Of a stretch of 64,000 bases of DNA, positions 39,802 to 49,778 are shown in pieces. The notes below the pieces were generated by a model. That model saw only the letters and a list, made by a program, of their open reading frames with translations, did not search any database and had not been told where the DNA came from. This DNA comes from Candidatus Hydrogenedentota bacterium (lineage in GTDB: Bacteria > Hydrogenedentota > Hydrogenedentia > Hydrogenedentales > SLHB01): contig JACQVH010000157.1 of NCBI GenBank assembly GCA_016209895.1, forward strand, positions 4,206 to 68,205, written 5' to 3'. The first letter of the stretch is position 1. Each line of letters begins with the position of its first letter. Both the position numbers and the translations under genes were made by a program.

Positions 39802-40809
39802 CTAATAGCGGACCTCTTGTACTTTGCCTTCCATCTGTTCTGGAGTCAGGGCGGAAGCGACGTCAGCCTTGTTGACTGCGAGTAGCAGACAGTCCTTGCC
39901 CTCGGCAGCCGCCCACGAAAAGCCGAACGAGACCGGTTTTCCGCCTTTCACAGAGAACCCTCCACCGAACCCACCACCTCCAATACCAAACGCGCCGCCG
40001 AAACCGCCTCCACCGCCAGCGCCACCACCAAAACCGCCCCCACCACGGACTCCCGCTCTTCTCTGGAGCACTTCGAGTTGCCCCAATTCTTCCAACTTAC
40101 TTTCTTGCGAAGTTACCGGCGCGCCGCACTTGGGTGCTTCGACGACGACCAGGATTCTCTCTGATTCTTTCACATGTTCAATTCGATAAGCGTATTTCGC
40201 CAGAGCGCCGACAATCGCCTGACGAAGCTTTTGGACTTTATCGGCGTCGAATCCCCTGTCGGGAGAAACGGCCGAAGAAGTCATAATGCCCTTATCTCCG
40301 CCAGTCCCCGTCACTGAGTTGGTCCCCACGACAATTCTTCTCCCTTTGTCGGTAACAATCACCCCTTTTCGTCCCATTGAATCTAAAGCCATCGAAGATT
40401 CGGATATCTGAACCGGCCCGGAGTGTTTCTCCCACAAGTCTTCGTCCCCCTTGGGAGTCTCAGGCTGCTCTTGGGGCGTTTCCGGTTCAACGATGCAGAA
40501 ATTGACGCGAATGGTGAAGACCGCGCCAACCGTGGGTATATATTGCGCCTTGGTCAATGGTTCGAACAGGTTTAGATCGGCGAACGGCGCCTGCCAATCC
40601 TTCAGACCCGATTGATTGATGCTATCTTCCATGACCTTCGCCATGGTAAGCACCTCGTTCTCGGCGGCCGCGGTCTGTTCCGTCGCGTCAGGGCTGGGGG
40701 GCTGGCTTGCGGACGGCACCTCCTGAGCATACGCGGCCGTGAATAGTCCACCGAATACCGCAACGCAGGTTACCGCCGACCAAATTCGATTTTCGTTCGC
40801 ATAGCACAT
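39802..40809 (-). CDS. Secreted glycine-rich protein (GGGGFGGGAGGGGGFGG tract), third gene of ECF sigma operon
   Basis: Signal peptide; 335 aa; Gly/Phe-rich low complexity C-terminal region. Confidence 0.55.
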   Translation of the reverse strand: MCYANENRIWSAVTCVAVFGGLFTAAYAQEVPSASQPPSPDATEQTAAAENEVLTMAKVMEDSINQSGLKDWQAPFADLNLFEPLTKAQYIPTVGAVFTIRVNFCIVEPETPQEQPETPKGDEDLWEKHSGPVQISESSMALDSMGRKGVIVTDKGRRIVVGTNSVTGTGGDKGIMTSSAVSPDRGFDADKVQKLRQAIVGALAKYAYRIEHVKESERILVVVEAPKCGAPVTSQESKLEELGQLEVLQRRAGVRGGGGFGGGAGGGGGFGGAFGIGGGGFGGGFSVKGGKPVSFGFSWAAAEGKDCLLLAVNKADVASALTPEQMEGKVQEVRY

Positions 40810-40833
40810 AACGTATCTCCTTTGAATAAGTAT

Positions 40834-41484
40834 TCAATTCTCGTCGTGCATTGGACTTTCCGCCGGGGCGATGCCGCTCGTCAGTTGAAGCAAACCTTGA
40901 ATATCCCAGTATCTCGCGACGCTTTCCGCCCGCTGGTTATACGCAAGGCGAACAGCCGCAGTTTGGAGCTGATCCCGGAGAGCGGCGTTCTCGACTGCCA
41001 ATATTTCGATTTGCGCCGCGACGATATTAGCGGCTTCTTCGAGCCGGTGGGTTCTGTCTTGCAGGGCGAGTAACTCCTCGCGCTGCACCGTACCGATCGT
41101 GGTGGGAACTTCTTGCCGCCATCGGAAAGTAACGTCGCCGATGCTCACCGAGAATCGTGCCTGGGACACGAGCAACCCCAGCAGTACGGCAGCGGCCGCC
41201 ACCCCATAGGACCAGCCACGCCGGAAACGCGGAGACGGTCGCTCGTTCCGGAATCCGGAGGCGGCAGCACCAGTTTCGCTCTCGAACACTTGAACGGTTG
41301 CCGGGGAGTGCGGAACCGGTTCGTTCGCCCAACGAGAGACGCCTTCCACCACGGCACGAAGCGCGGCGACCTCATCCGGGGATTGGCGCATCTCGGCTTC
41401 CACGGCGTCACGTTCTTCCGGCGGAATATCTCCTAAAAGGTAAGCGAGCCAGCGTTCACGTTGTTTATCACTAGTACTCATCAC
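40834..41484 (-). CDS. Membrane anti-sigma factor (single TM, coiled-coil periplasmic part)
   Basis: 4-bp overlap with ECF sigma gene; N-terminal cytoplasmic helix, TM YGVAAAAVLLGLLV. Confidence 0.5.
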   Translation of the reverse strand: MMSTSDKQRERWLAYLLGDIPPEERDAVEAEMRQSPDEVAALRAVVEGVSRWANEPVPHSPATVQVFESETGAAASGFRNERPSPRFRRGWSYGVAAAAVLLGLLVSQARFSVSIGDVTFRWRQEVPTTIGTVQREELLALQDRTHRLEEAANIVAAQIEILAVENAALRDQLQTAAVRLAYNQRAESVARYWDIQGLLQLTSGIAPAESPMHDEN

Positions 41485-42089
41485 TTGGGACTCCTATTTG
41501 GTAGCACCGAATGGTCCAAAGACTGGCGCAACCGCTGCAGCAACGTGTAAATACGACTCTTCATGGTCGTCTCCGGGACGCGGTGCACTTCGGCGATCTC
41601 GCGGTAGCTCATGTTTAGATTAAACCGTTGTAGCAATAGCTCACGTTCACTCGGCGCAAGCTGGCTAATGGCCATTTGTATCTGCTGATTCAATTCCGTG
41701 CGTACCGCGTGCGCACCGGGATCGAGTGCCGGGTCCACCATTTCGACCGAGGGTACCTGCGCCACTCCGGAATGCCCTTTCTTGGTCTGCCACGTCGAAA
41801 GGACGTTGCCGGCGATCCGGAAGAGCCACGTCGAAAAGGCATAGCTGGGATTGTACGTTGCGCGGTAGCGGTACAGACGCAGGAAAATCTCCTGACGCAG
41901 GTCTTTTGCCGCTTCGGGATCGCCGGTGGCCTTGGTCAAATACGCCAATAGACGATAGTCCCAGCGCCGGACCAATTCGGTGAACGCCGCCGCCTCGCCG
42001 TTCCGCGAGGCTTGCTGCATCAGTTCCTTGTCATCCAACGACTGCGTCACGGCTCCATCGGCCCCAACCGCGCCCACCAAAGTCTCCAC
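41481..42089 (-). CDS. ECF-subfamily RNA polymerase sigma-70 factor
   Basis: Region 2 (FTELVRRWDYRLLAYL) and region 4 HTH (LSYREIAEVHRVPETTMKSRIYTLLQRL). Confidence 0.85.
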   Translation of the reverse strand: METLVGAVGADGAVTQSLDDKELMQQASRNGEAAAFTELVRRWDYRLLAYLTKATGDPEAAKDLRQEIFLRLYRYRATYNPSYAFSTWLFRIAGNVLSTWQTKKGHSGVAQVPSVEMVDPALDPGAHAVRTELNQQIQMAISQLAPSERELLLQRFNLNMSYREIAEVHRVPETTMKSRIYTLLQRLRQSLDHSVLPNRSPK

Positions 42090-42157
42090 AGCTAATATAC
42101 TTCAGCAACGACGAATTCGACGAAAGTCGTCCCCGATTGTCTCACCCCGTCCTTGTT

Positions 42158-42239
42158 CCCTCCCTCGACGGGGAAGGTTAGGGAGGGGCCAACGGCGGAA
42201 ACGGACAATGGCTTCACAATCTAGTCTCATTGTAGATTG
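42158..42239. promoter_or_regulatory. Upstream of ECF sigma gene: 8-bp stem hairpin CCCTCCCT-N14-AGGGAGGG (42158-42187) and palindrome CAATCTA-N9-TAGATTG (42217-42239)
   Basis: Inverted repeats read directly 70-150 bp upstream of sigma start codon. Confidence 0.4.
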
Positions 42240-42360
42240 AATATCGGAAGTTCAAAATGCACGAAATGAGGCGCTGGAGAGGGCGGGAACGAAGACCCTC
42301 CATCCGCCGCAGAGTGCGGGCGCTACAGGGTGGGCGTCCGGGCTAATCGCGGGTACGCGA

Positions 42361-43179
42361 TCAGCGGAACGAGCGGGGTTTTTCCCAGGGACGGAAGGCG
42401 GCGGCGAAGGCGTCAAGCGTGCCTTCAAAGAAGATGATGCTGCCTCGAATAGTGGAGCGCTCGCCGACCTCGAGATCCTTGAACTTGGGGTCGGCATGGA
42501 GACACGGATGCTTTGAATTGCCGATGACGGAGACCGTATCGTCGTACCAGGTCATGGCCACTAGTCGTTGAGCGCGGTTCGATTCTGCCAACATTAGCGG
42601 CCAGTCCAGAATCTTCGGACCGCCCCGCCAGCCAAGTCCATATTGTCCCGACGCACCATTGCATTGGCGCGCATCCGGGAAGGATTTCCACCCGTGGCCG
42701 GCCACGTGCACCCGCTTGTTATTCATGGTGTAATCGGCGAATTCACGGCACGCGCGCAGGAAGAGGCACGTCTGGAGCGTGATGTTCTTCAGCGGTTGCG
42801 AGGTGCCATTCTCTATATAGAGCCGTAGCCCCGCGCAGAGATCATTTTCTTTCGTCACGCTCCCGCCGAAACACACACCGTTCGGTAATAAGCGTTCGAA
42901 AGCAATGCCCCCTTCGCAGGTCTGCCATGGCACCGCTGGCAAATCGGTGTACAGCGACCCGACGCCGGGATTCACGTGACTCAAAAACACAAGCCCCTGA
43001 TTCGTGAAGATCGCTTCGGGGAAATCCAGCCAGACGTAGTCCTGACTCGGCCAAGGCGGGCTGATCCACGCAATCTGCTCAAAGGGATAATGGGGACGCC
43101 AATGGCCCGGTAGAATTCGCAATCCTTTCGCCTGCGTCTCGTACGTCTCCCGCATTCGATACAACTCTCCTGTGCTCAA
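42361..43179 (-). CDS. Hypothetical protein
   Basis: 272-aa ORF, no recognisable motif. Confidence 0.45.
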   Translation of the reverse strand: MSTGELYRMRETYETQAKGLRILPGHWRPHYPFEQIAWISPPWPSQDYVWLDFPEAIFTNQGLVFLSHVNPGVGSLYTDLPAVPWQTCEGGIAFERLLPNGVCFGGSVTKENDLCAGLRLYIENGTSQPLKNITLQTCLFLRACREFADYTMNNKRVHVAGHGWKSFPDARQCNGASGQYGLGWRGGPKILDWPLMLAESNRAQRLVAMTWYDDTVSVIGNSKHPCLHADPKFKDLEVGERSTIRGSIIFFEGTLDAFAAAFRPWEKPRSFR

Positions 43180-43449
43180 AATCTATCCCGGAAAATAGAA
43201 GCAGGCCCACGGGCCTCTTTGAATTCTACACGACACGAGACCGAGATTCGAATTATGCTTGCCCTTCTGTCATTCTGACACTGCCGCGGCAAACGACAAA
43301 AATCTTATTCGACACAAGGTGCTAGGGATGAGCGATTGCCACGTCGCTCCCTGTGCTCGCTCCTCGCAACGACGATTTTGGCGCTTTTTTCGACTGGATA
43401 GGAACAGGGTGGGTCAAAACACTAGACGAATTGGGGTAGACTGATAAAT

Positions 43450-45759
43450 ATGAAACCGAACAAGCGCCAAAAGCGTGCCAAAGCCATCCGACCGGCACGG
43501 AAGGGAGGGCAAATTGCCGATGCGTTCGTTCTGGCGAATCGCCACTTGCGCGTGGCCATGTCGAGCGAATCCAAGGGCGGGCTGAATCGCCTCGTGGACG
43601 TCGCGACGCGACAAAACTTCATCCTTCCTGGAAAGCGGCCGCTTTACCGACTCGTGCTGTCACGAGAGGGCCGGGACCCGATGACCGTAAGCGCGTTGGA
43701 CGCGACGGACTTCCGTTTCGGCATTCTATCGTCGTCGCAAGGCGAGTCCGCGGCGCTCACGTACTGCACGCACCGGAAGCTGGCTCTCGACGTTACCTGC
43801 CGCGTGATGCTCGACAAGGATTCGCGGTTGAGTCGTTGGCGTATCGCGATTTCCAATCGTACGGAATACGCAGTACGCGCCATTCACTTTCCCATTATTG
43901 TCGCGCTGCCGAACTTGGGCAAAAACGGCGAAGACGACGTATACGTTTCCGGCGCGGGGTACGGTCTTATCGCACGGAATCCAGGCAAGATGCTGCTGGG
44001 GAAGAAGACACCAGCCCCGGAACCGCCAGAACCGGGTATCGAGGAACTGGGCAAACAGTTCTGTCAGTCGGTCTATCCCGGCCCGATCTTTGTCCAGATG
44101 CACACCTATTACGATTCGACCGCTGGAATATACATTGCCGCACACGATTCCGGGGCAAATCTCAAGAGTCTCCGATACGCGGCGGCCGAAGGCGAAGAGG
44201 GCATAGACCTCTCGCTCGTCCATTACTACGACGAGACGCCCAGCCTCTCCTTCGAACTTCCATACGATATCGTTCTCGGCACGTTTCGCGGCGATTGGTA
44301 CGACGCCGCGGATATTTATAAGGAATGGGCTCACAAACAACACTGGTGCGCCCGAAAACTGTCCGAACGGGACGACGTCCCGGCGTGGTTCAAAGAGCCG
44401 CGTCCGCACCTAATGGTCATCAGTCGCGGCGGGGTAGACCGCGCGCAAGCCACCTTGCCGTGCCCACCCTCGGAATTCCCGCTGGGAAAATTCTGGCCCG
44501 CGCGGAAACTGCCTCCGATCATGGACCGCTACGCAAAAGCGCTGGGCAGCCCGGTCATCGTCTGGCTGGAAGGCTGGGAGAAGATCGGCTCGCCGGGAGG
44601 TCCCGTCGAAATATTTCCGCCGTACGAAGGCGGAAAGAGTTTCAAAGCGGCGATTCAGGAATTGAATGACGCAGGGCACGTGGTCCAGCTCTATCTCGCG
44701 GCATTTCATTGGTGTTATCGCCGCCCGACCACCGGCTACTATGGCGAGGATCAGTTTGAGCGTGAGGGTCGCCAACTGGCGGCCGTCAATGCGAACGGTG
44801 AAATCGAGAAGTTCGTCTTTCCGAGTGGGCAAAAGCACGCGGTCAATCTTTGCGTGGGATGTGATCAAGTCCAGGAACTTTACCGGGAAAATTTCCGAAA
44901 GCTGTTGGACTATGGCGCGACTTGGCTGCAACTGGATCAACAAGGCGGCCTCTATACGCCGGTATGCTACAGCCGTGACCACGGACACCCGGCGGGTTAC
45001 GGACCGTGGATGTACCGGTCCATGCTCGAATTTACTCGCCGCATACGTGCAGACGCGCGGCGTCGCAATCCGCGAGCGGCCTACACCTGTGAATCCGCGT
45101 GCGAGGTCTGGATTCAGGAAATTGACGCCTTCATGAATCGCCCCTATTTGTGCGGCGACGTGATCGAGGCCTTGCCACTCTTCGAATACATTTATCACGA
45201 GTATGCGATCACTTACGGCGGCGACGTCTGCATGTGGCTGGCCCACCGCGACGCCGCCTGTCTTAAACACGCGATGTGCTGCATCTACGGCATGCAGAAT
45301 CTCATAAGCATCGGCGAGCCAGACTACGACATTGACGTCGAGGAAGCCAAGCATCCGGGGATCCCCTTGTTGAAGGAAATCATCGCGGCACAGCGCACTT
45401 ACGCGCGCGATTATCTGGTATTGGGCCAGATGAAACATCCGATCCCCGTCGAGGTTCAATCCATTCCCATCGAATTCTGGTGGCCGCCCACCGCGCCGAC
45501 TATCCGTATGATGTTTAAGCAGGTTCCCCTGATCGTACACGGCTCTTGGCAAGCTCAGGACGGTCGCGTCGGCCACGTCCTGGTAAATTGGAGTGGGGAA
45601 GAGGTCGAGGCCGAAGTGTCGCTCGGAGACGCGAACAGATCAATCACCAAAGTCACGAGCGGCGGACGCCAGGCGGTGCCGCGAAAGCGACTCACAAAAG
45701 ACCGCCTCCAAGTGTCGCTACGCCCACGCAGCGTAATGCTCTTGGAACAGGCCCTGTGA
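43450..45759 (+). CDS. Large hypothetical protein, possibly glycoside-hydrolase-like TIM barrel
   Basis: 769 aa; no signature confidently recognised. Confidence 0.4.
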   Translation: MKPNKRQKRAKAIRPARKGGQIADAFVLANRHLRVAMSSESKGGLNRLVDVATRQNFILPGKRPLYRLVLSREGRDPMTVSALDATDFRFGILSSSQGESAALTYCTHRKLALDVTCRVMLDKDSRLSRWRIAISNRTEYAVRAIHFPIIVALPNLGKNGEDDVYVSGAGYGLIARNPGKMLLGKKTPAPEPPEPGIEELGKQFCQSVYPGPIFVQMHTYYDSTAGIYIAAHDSGANLKSLRYAAAEGEEGIDLSLVHYYDETPSLSFELPYDIVLGTFRGDWYDAADIYKEWAHKQHWCARKLSERDDVPAWFKEPRPHLMVISRGGVDRAQATLPCPPSEFPLGKFWPARKLPPIMDRYAKALGSPVIVWLEGWEKIGSPGGPVEIFPPYEGGKSFKAAIQELNDAGHVVQLYLAAFHWCYRRPTTGYYGEDQFEREGRQLAAVNANGEIEKFVFPSGQKHAVNLCVGCDQVQELYRENFRKLLDYGATWLQLDQQGGLYTPVCYSRDHGHPAGYGPWMYRSMLEFTRRIRADARRRNPRAAYTCESACEVWIQEIDAFMNRPYLCGDVIEALPLFEYIYHEYAITYGGDVCMWLAHRDAACLKHAMCCIYGMQNLISIGEPDYDIDVEEAKHPGIPLLKEIIAAQRTYARDYLVLGQMKHPIPVEVQSIPIEFWWPPTAPTIRMMFKQVPLIVHGSWQAQDGRVGHVLVNWSGEEVEAEVSLGDANRSITKVTSGGRQAVPRKRLTKDRLQVSLRPRSVMLLEQAL

Positions 45760-45767
45760 ACTAGACG

Positions 45768-47543
45768 ATGCCCTTCGAGGGACAGAGTCCGCGTGAAAGC
45801 CTGAGCGATTTTTGTCGCGGTGTGCATTTCTGTCTGGTGCTTGTACTGTACCCACTCGTGTTTTCCTTTCGATTGATGTCATTCCTGCATGCCAAGGAGG
45901 CTCTGTTTGCTGTCGGGCTGTGCCTGGCGGCAATCCTGATTCTGTGGCGCGGTAGACTAACTACCGACGGTCTGCGCGCGTTCCTGCCGTTGTGGGTATT
46001 GACTATCACGGGTGTGGTGATTCATCTCCTGGTGCGGCCTTGTAGAGTTCCGGAGGACGCCATAATCGCGCTCGCACGACAAGCACTGGTGTTAACCGGA
46101 GTCGCGCTCGCCTTCGACCTTCTCGCCGGTACGCAATGGCGAAAGCGAATGATGCTCGCCATCGGGATCGGGACCGCTTTGACGGCCCTGTTCGGACTTT
46201 TGCAATACGCAGGACTCGTGTCCTTCATGTTTCCGAGGTTCCCCGGTTATCACCAGCCCATCTACTCCGTGTTTGGCAACCAGGACTTGTACGGAGGTTT
46301 CCTGGTATTGGGGCTGCCCGTATGGTTCGACCGGTTTCTTCGCAAAAAGAAGACCGATGGGCTCACCTTACTAGCCCTCGCACTGATCGTGCCGGGACTT
46401 CTACTTTCAGGCTGCCGGTCGGCATGGCTAGCCACGATCCCAGCCGTAATGTTGGCCGTTCCGGTCCAAGGACATTTCCCGAAAACTGCGCGGTTGGGCA
46501 CGCTGGTACTGGCACTTGCCATTGGGACGTTGGTCATCGCGCCCGCCGCCACCATCGGGCGCATCACACATACCTTCGCGTCAGACGACGAGGGGACCCG
46601 TGCGCGACTGTGGTTCTGGGACGGGACGGTCCGCATGGTCCGCGACCAGCCATTCGTCGGTGTCGGGCCCGGCAATTACGCTTATTGGAGTCCAAGCTAT
46701 CTGGGCGAAGCGCTGCACGCGCCGGACGGTGATGACCACTACCATAACGAACGGATGACCGATCACCCACATTCGGAACCGCTCCGCCTATTCGCGGAGA
46801 CGGGATTCCTGGGATTCACTTTGGCGCTCTGGATGCTGTGGCGAATTCCTCGCCGTAGAGGGCCGGAGTGGGGGGGACTAGTTGCACTTTTTGTGTTCTC
46901 ACTCTTCAACGGAGCTCTGGAAAGCCTCCCTCACGCCTTCATAGGTGTACTTTACATCGGTATGCTTCTGGCAACGCCGAATAGCCCGAAAAACCTCCCA
47001 GAGTATCCGGCAACCGCAGTAGAATCACGGCTATTACCGTTCGGACTGACAGGATTGAGTTTCGCGCTGTACGCGTTTCATGCCTGGGCGGTGCTTCTCC
47101 CGAGTCATTGGTTGCGCGCGGCGGAGGATTTGAACCTCGCGGGCAAGCCGGCCCTGTCCGCCTACGAACGTGTCCTCGCGCATGGATGGGTCAGTGCGGC
47201 CGCCCACGAAAAGTATGCGATTGCTCTCGCGGAGGCCGGTCGCAACCCCGAGGCCAAACAGCAATTCGAGGCTGCGCTCGACGGTGCGGATTGGGGACAG
47301 CTCTACCTGGGTCTGGGGTCGCTCGCCGTCGAATCCGGAGACCTCGAAGCCGCGCGAGACTGGCTGCACGAATGTCTTTGGCGTTGGCCGTCAAGTCCTC
47401 ACGCGTGGCAACTCTTGCTCCAGGCGACGCCGCCAAAAGAGCAGGGAAAACTCATGCCCGAAGCCCGACGATGGCTCAAGCCAAACGAGTACGATGAGTT
47501 GGTCCGAAAGGTCGGAGGTCTAATTCCCGAAGGAGGGCCGTAG
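45768..47543 (+). CDS. O-antigen ligase/polymerase (Wzy_C) family membrane protein fused to C-terminal TPR repeats
   Basis: ~10 TM segments, Wzy_C-like periplasmic loop (PDGDDHYHNERMTDHPHSEPLRLFAETGFLG), TPR tail. Confidence 0.55.
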   Translation: MPFEGQSPRESLSDFCRGVHFCLVLVLYPLVFSFRLMSFLHAKEALFAVGLCLAAILILWRGRLTTDGLRAFLPLWVLTITGVVIHLLVRPCRVPEDAIIALARQALVLTGVALAFDLLAGTQWRKRMMLAIGIGTALTALFGLLQYAGLVSFMFPRFPGYHQPIYSVFGNQDLYGGFLVLGLPVWFDRFLRKKKTDGLTLLALALIVPGLLLSGCRSAWLATIPAVMLAVPVQGHFPKTARLGTLVLALAIGTLVIAPAATIGRITHTFASDDEGTRARLWFWDGTVRMVRDQPFVGVGPGNYAYWSPSYLGEALHAPDGDDHYHNERMTDHPHSEPLRLFAETGFLGFTLALWMLWRIPRRRGPEWGGLVALFVFSLFNGALESLPHAFIGVLYIGMLLATPNSPKNLPEYPATAVESRLLPFGLTGLSFALYAFHAWAVLLPSHWLRAAEDLNLAGKPALSAYERVLAHGWVSAAAHEKYAIALAEAGRNPEAKQQFEAALDGADWGQLYLGLGSLAVESGDLEAARDWLHECLWRWPSSPHAWQLLLQATPPKEQGKLMPEARRWLKPNEYDELVRKVGGLIPEGGP

Positions 47544-49031
47544 CGCGCCGTACATGGTAAGAACCACCTTCGCTCCCGGATTCCCGGTAATGAGCACTTC
47601 ATACGGATGGTTGGCTTTCACCGGATATCGGAAGATTCGAAAGGGATACGACGGCATGTCTTTGTAAAGGAATGTTTGGGTACCGTCCCGGAACTCGACG
47701 GTGGGCATCGGCGAGGTAGCCTCTCCCTGAATGTCAAGCACCACCCCAGCGACCTTTTTGTCCAGCCAGTTTGATCCGCTGCTGGTCCATTGAACCCGCC
47801 ATGTTGCCGGGATGGGCATTTCCGGCGCGCGGCTGATCCCGGCGTTGGGAACCGCATCATGCGCGGCGGCGTAATGGAGCGTCTGCGGTACCTGCGTGAC
47901 AGCTTCCGTGCCTTCCAAGGCGATTACGAGCGTTACGCCGGCCGTGATCACGAACAGCATCTGGGCCACCCACACTCCCAACGCTTTCGGAAAAGATAAG
48001 CCGAACGCGAGGAGGATAATCAATAGCGACCCGATTGCCGGCAGAATTGGGGCGTATGCAAGGTACGCCATCGGCGACCACGACGACAAGTAGGCCAGCG
48101 CGGCCAAGCCGGTCCCGACGCCGACTACCCTTCCGATAGGTACCTCGTGGGCGCGGAACAAAACCACACTTAATCGAAGAACCAGGGGCCACACTATGAC
48201 CAAGGCGCCGCCGACCAGCACCCGGGTAAACCACAAGGTCTCAGCCAATTCCGCGTACACCGTCGTGTAGTCCTCCGGCGCGCCCAGGTAAACCTGCGTG
48301 TGATCTTCCGGCATGTTCAGGACAAGTTTCGACCGAGCGTACGCCTGCAGCGTGAGGAATAGTCCGGCGGCCAATAGCGCCACCGTGACCAGGCCGAAGG
48401 TAAGCGTCCAGACCCAAGGTTCAACTTTGCGCTTCCGCGCCGGCTTCGGCGTCACCGCCGATGCCGGTCCCGGAGTTGGCGCCAAGCTGCTTACAGTCGC
48501 GTGACATTGCCAGCACCGGTCGAATTCGACACTGTTTTGTGCACCGCAACTCGGGCAAATGCGCATGGCGCGAAGACTGATCCCGCTGTCGCTATCGGCC
48601 AGATGCAGTTCTTCGGAAGGTGATTCTTTCGAAGCCGTTTGGAGCCGTCGCACCGAGCGCGAAGCGAGCGGATGTTGCGGCGACATCTCGAGGATCTCTT
48701 CCCAAACTTTGCCCGCATCGAGGCGGCGCCCCGCCACCTCGAGCACGCGCGCCATTTGCTCGCGCAGCGATACGTCGTTGGGCCAGATGGCAATCGCCGC
48801 CTCCAATTCGGTCACGGACTCCTCGTAACGACCGAGGCGGTAGTAGGTCGCCGATAAATAGCGCAGGACGTTGAGTTTCCGGGTCCATTCCTTCTTGAGC
48901 ACCTGCAAATGTTCCAGCGCCAGGCGATATTCCCAGGCCATATACAGCTTCTTGGCCAGCCGCCAGCGTTGGGCAAAATCATTGGGATGCGCTTCAACGT
49001 AACGCACCAGTTCCCAAAGCTCAGCCATCAA
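47520..49031 (-). CDS. TPR-repeat / zinc-ribbon / multi-pass membrane protein
   Basis: N-terminal TPRs, CPSCGAQN...CWQC ribbon, C-terminal TM bundle; 24-bp convergent overlap with O-antigen ligase gene. Confidence 0.5.
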   Translation of the reverse strand: MMAELWELVRYVEAHPNDFAQRWRLAKKLYMAWEYRLALEHLQVLKKEWTRKLNVLRYLSATYYRLGRYEESVTELEAAIAIWPNDVSLREQMARVLEVAGRRLDAGKVWEEILEMSPQHPLASRSVRRLQTASKESPSEELHLADSDSGISLRAMRICPSCGAQNSVEFDRCWQCHATVSSLAPTPGPASAVTPKPARKRKVEPWVWTLTFGLVTVALLAAGLFLTLQAYARSKLVLNMPEDHTQVYLGAPEDYTTVYAELAETLWFTRVLVGGALVIVWPLVLRLSVVLFRAHEVPIGRVVGVGTGLAALAYLSSWSPMAYLAYAPILPAIGSLLIILLAFGLSFPKALGVWVAQMLFVITAGVTLVIALEGTEAVTQVPQTLHYAAAHDAVPNAGISRAPEMPIPATWRVQWTSSGSNWLDKKVAGVVLDIQGEATSPMPTVEFRDGTQTFLYKDMPSYPFRIFRYPVKANHPYEVLITGNPGAKVVLTMYGALRPSFGN

Positions 49032-49501
49032 TCGTCCCCAAAAATCCGGGCATCACCCGGCTCGTAAACCAGATCATAATTGCGCGCGCCGTCTGACGTT
49101 TCGAGTTGTTTCATGAGTTTCGCCGAGCCCGTAGCGCACACCATACCGCCATCGCGGAGTAAACGACCCTGGGTGTAAACGACGCGCCCGCGGGATTTCA
49201 CCACGTCCGCGTCAACGAGCAGCTCTTCGCCTACGGGAGTCGGATGCCGGAAACGCACCTGGATTTCCCCGGTGGCAGTGGCGCCGCGCGCATAGCAATT
49301 GGCCGCCCAGCCCATAACTTCATCCAACAGAGCAACGACGATCCCTCCATGCGCCACTCCTTGATACCCAGCTAACCAATCCGGCAAAGTCACCCTCGTA
49401 AACACGCGCTGGCCGTCCCGATAGAACTTGAGTTTGAGTCCGGCGGAGTTGTCCACGCCGCACAGAAAACAGGTGCGGCTATTGGGAAGCTGCTGTGTCA
49501 T
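49028..49501 (-). CDS. PaaI-family hotdog-fold thioesterase
   Basis: GVAHGGIVVALLDEVMGWAA hotdog motif. Confidence 0.65.
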   Translation of the reverse strand: MTQQLPNSRTCFLCGVDNSAGLKLKFYRDGQRVFTRVTLPDWLAGYQGVAHGGIVVALLDEVMGWAANCYARGATATGEIQVRFRHPTPVGEELLVDADVVKSRGRVVYTQGRLLRDGGMVCATGSAKLMKQLETSDGARNYDLVYEPGDARIFGDD

Positions 49502-49761
49502 TTCCTCCTCTTCGCGGCTTTTCGCGCCGCCAGCTTGGCTCGGTTAACTCGTGATTGAAGCACCGTGTTCACCGCCCATGCGACCACTCCGGCGATGGCC
49601 GCGGCAAAGATGGCGCCGAGCCCGACCGCGTAAGACCAAGGGTGAAAGTCATACTTAATTTTCCATGCCGCATAGATACACGGCCCGGACAAGACCACCG
49701 CCACGATCAGGTAAAACCCCCAACCGACCGACTCTAATCTCCTTGCCTCACTCTTATTCAA
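49498..49761 (-). CDS. Small two-TM membrane protein with basic C-tail
   Basis: 87 aa, 4-bp overlaps with flanking genes. Confidence 0.4.
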   Translation of the reverse strand: MNKSEARRLESVGWGFYLIVAVVLSGPCIYAAWKIKYDFHPWSYAVGLGAIFAAAIAGVVAWAVNTVLQSRVNRAKLAARKAAKRRK

Positions 49762-49778
49762 GACGTAGCCTCGCTTCG

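Noticed and set aside
39802-40809. Gly-rich tract as a PE/PPE- or collagen-like repeat protein
   Set aside because: The tract is a short, single (GGGGF)n-like stretch and not a periodic G-X-Y repeat or an extended repeat domain.
44410-45576. 388-aa minus-strand ORF
   Set aside because: It is antisense to the 769-aa plus-strand gene and has a GC-rich frame artefact composition.
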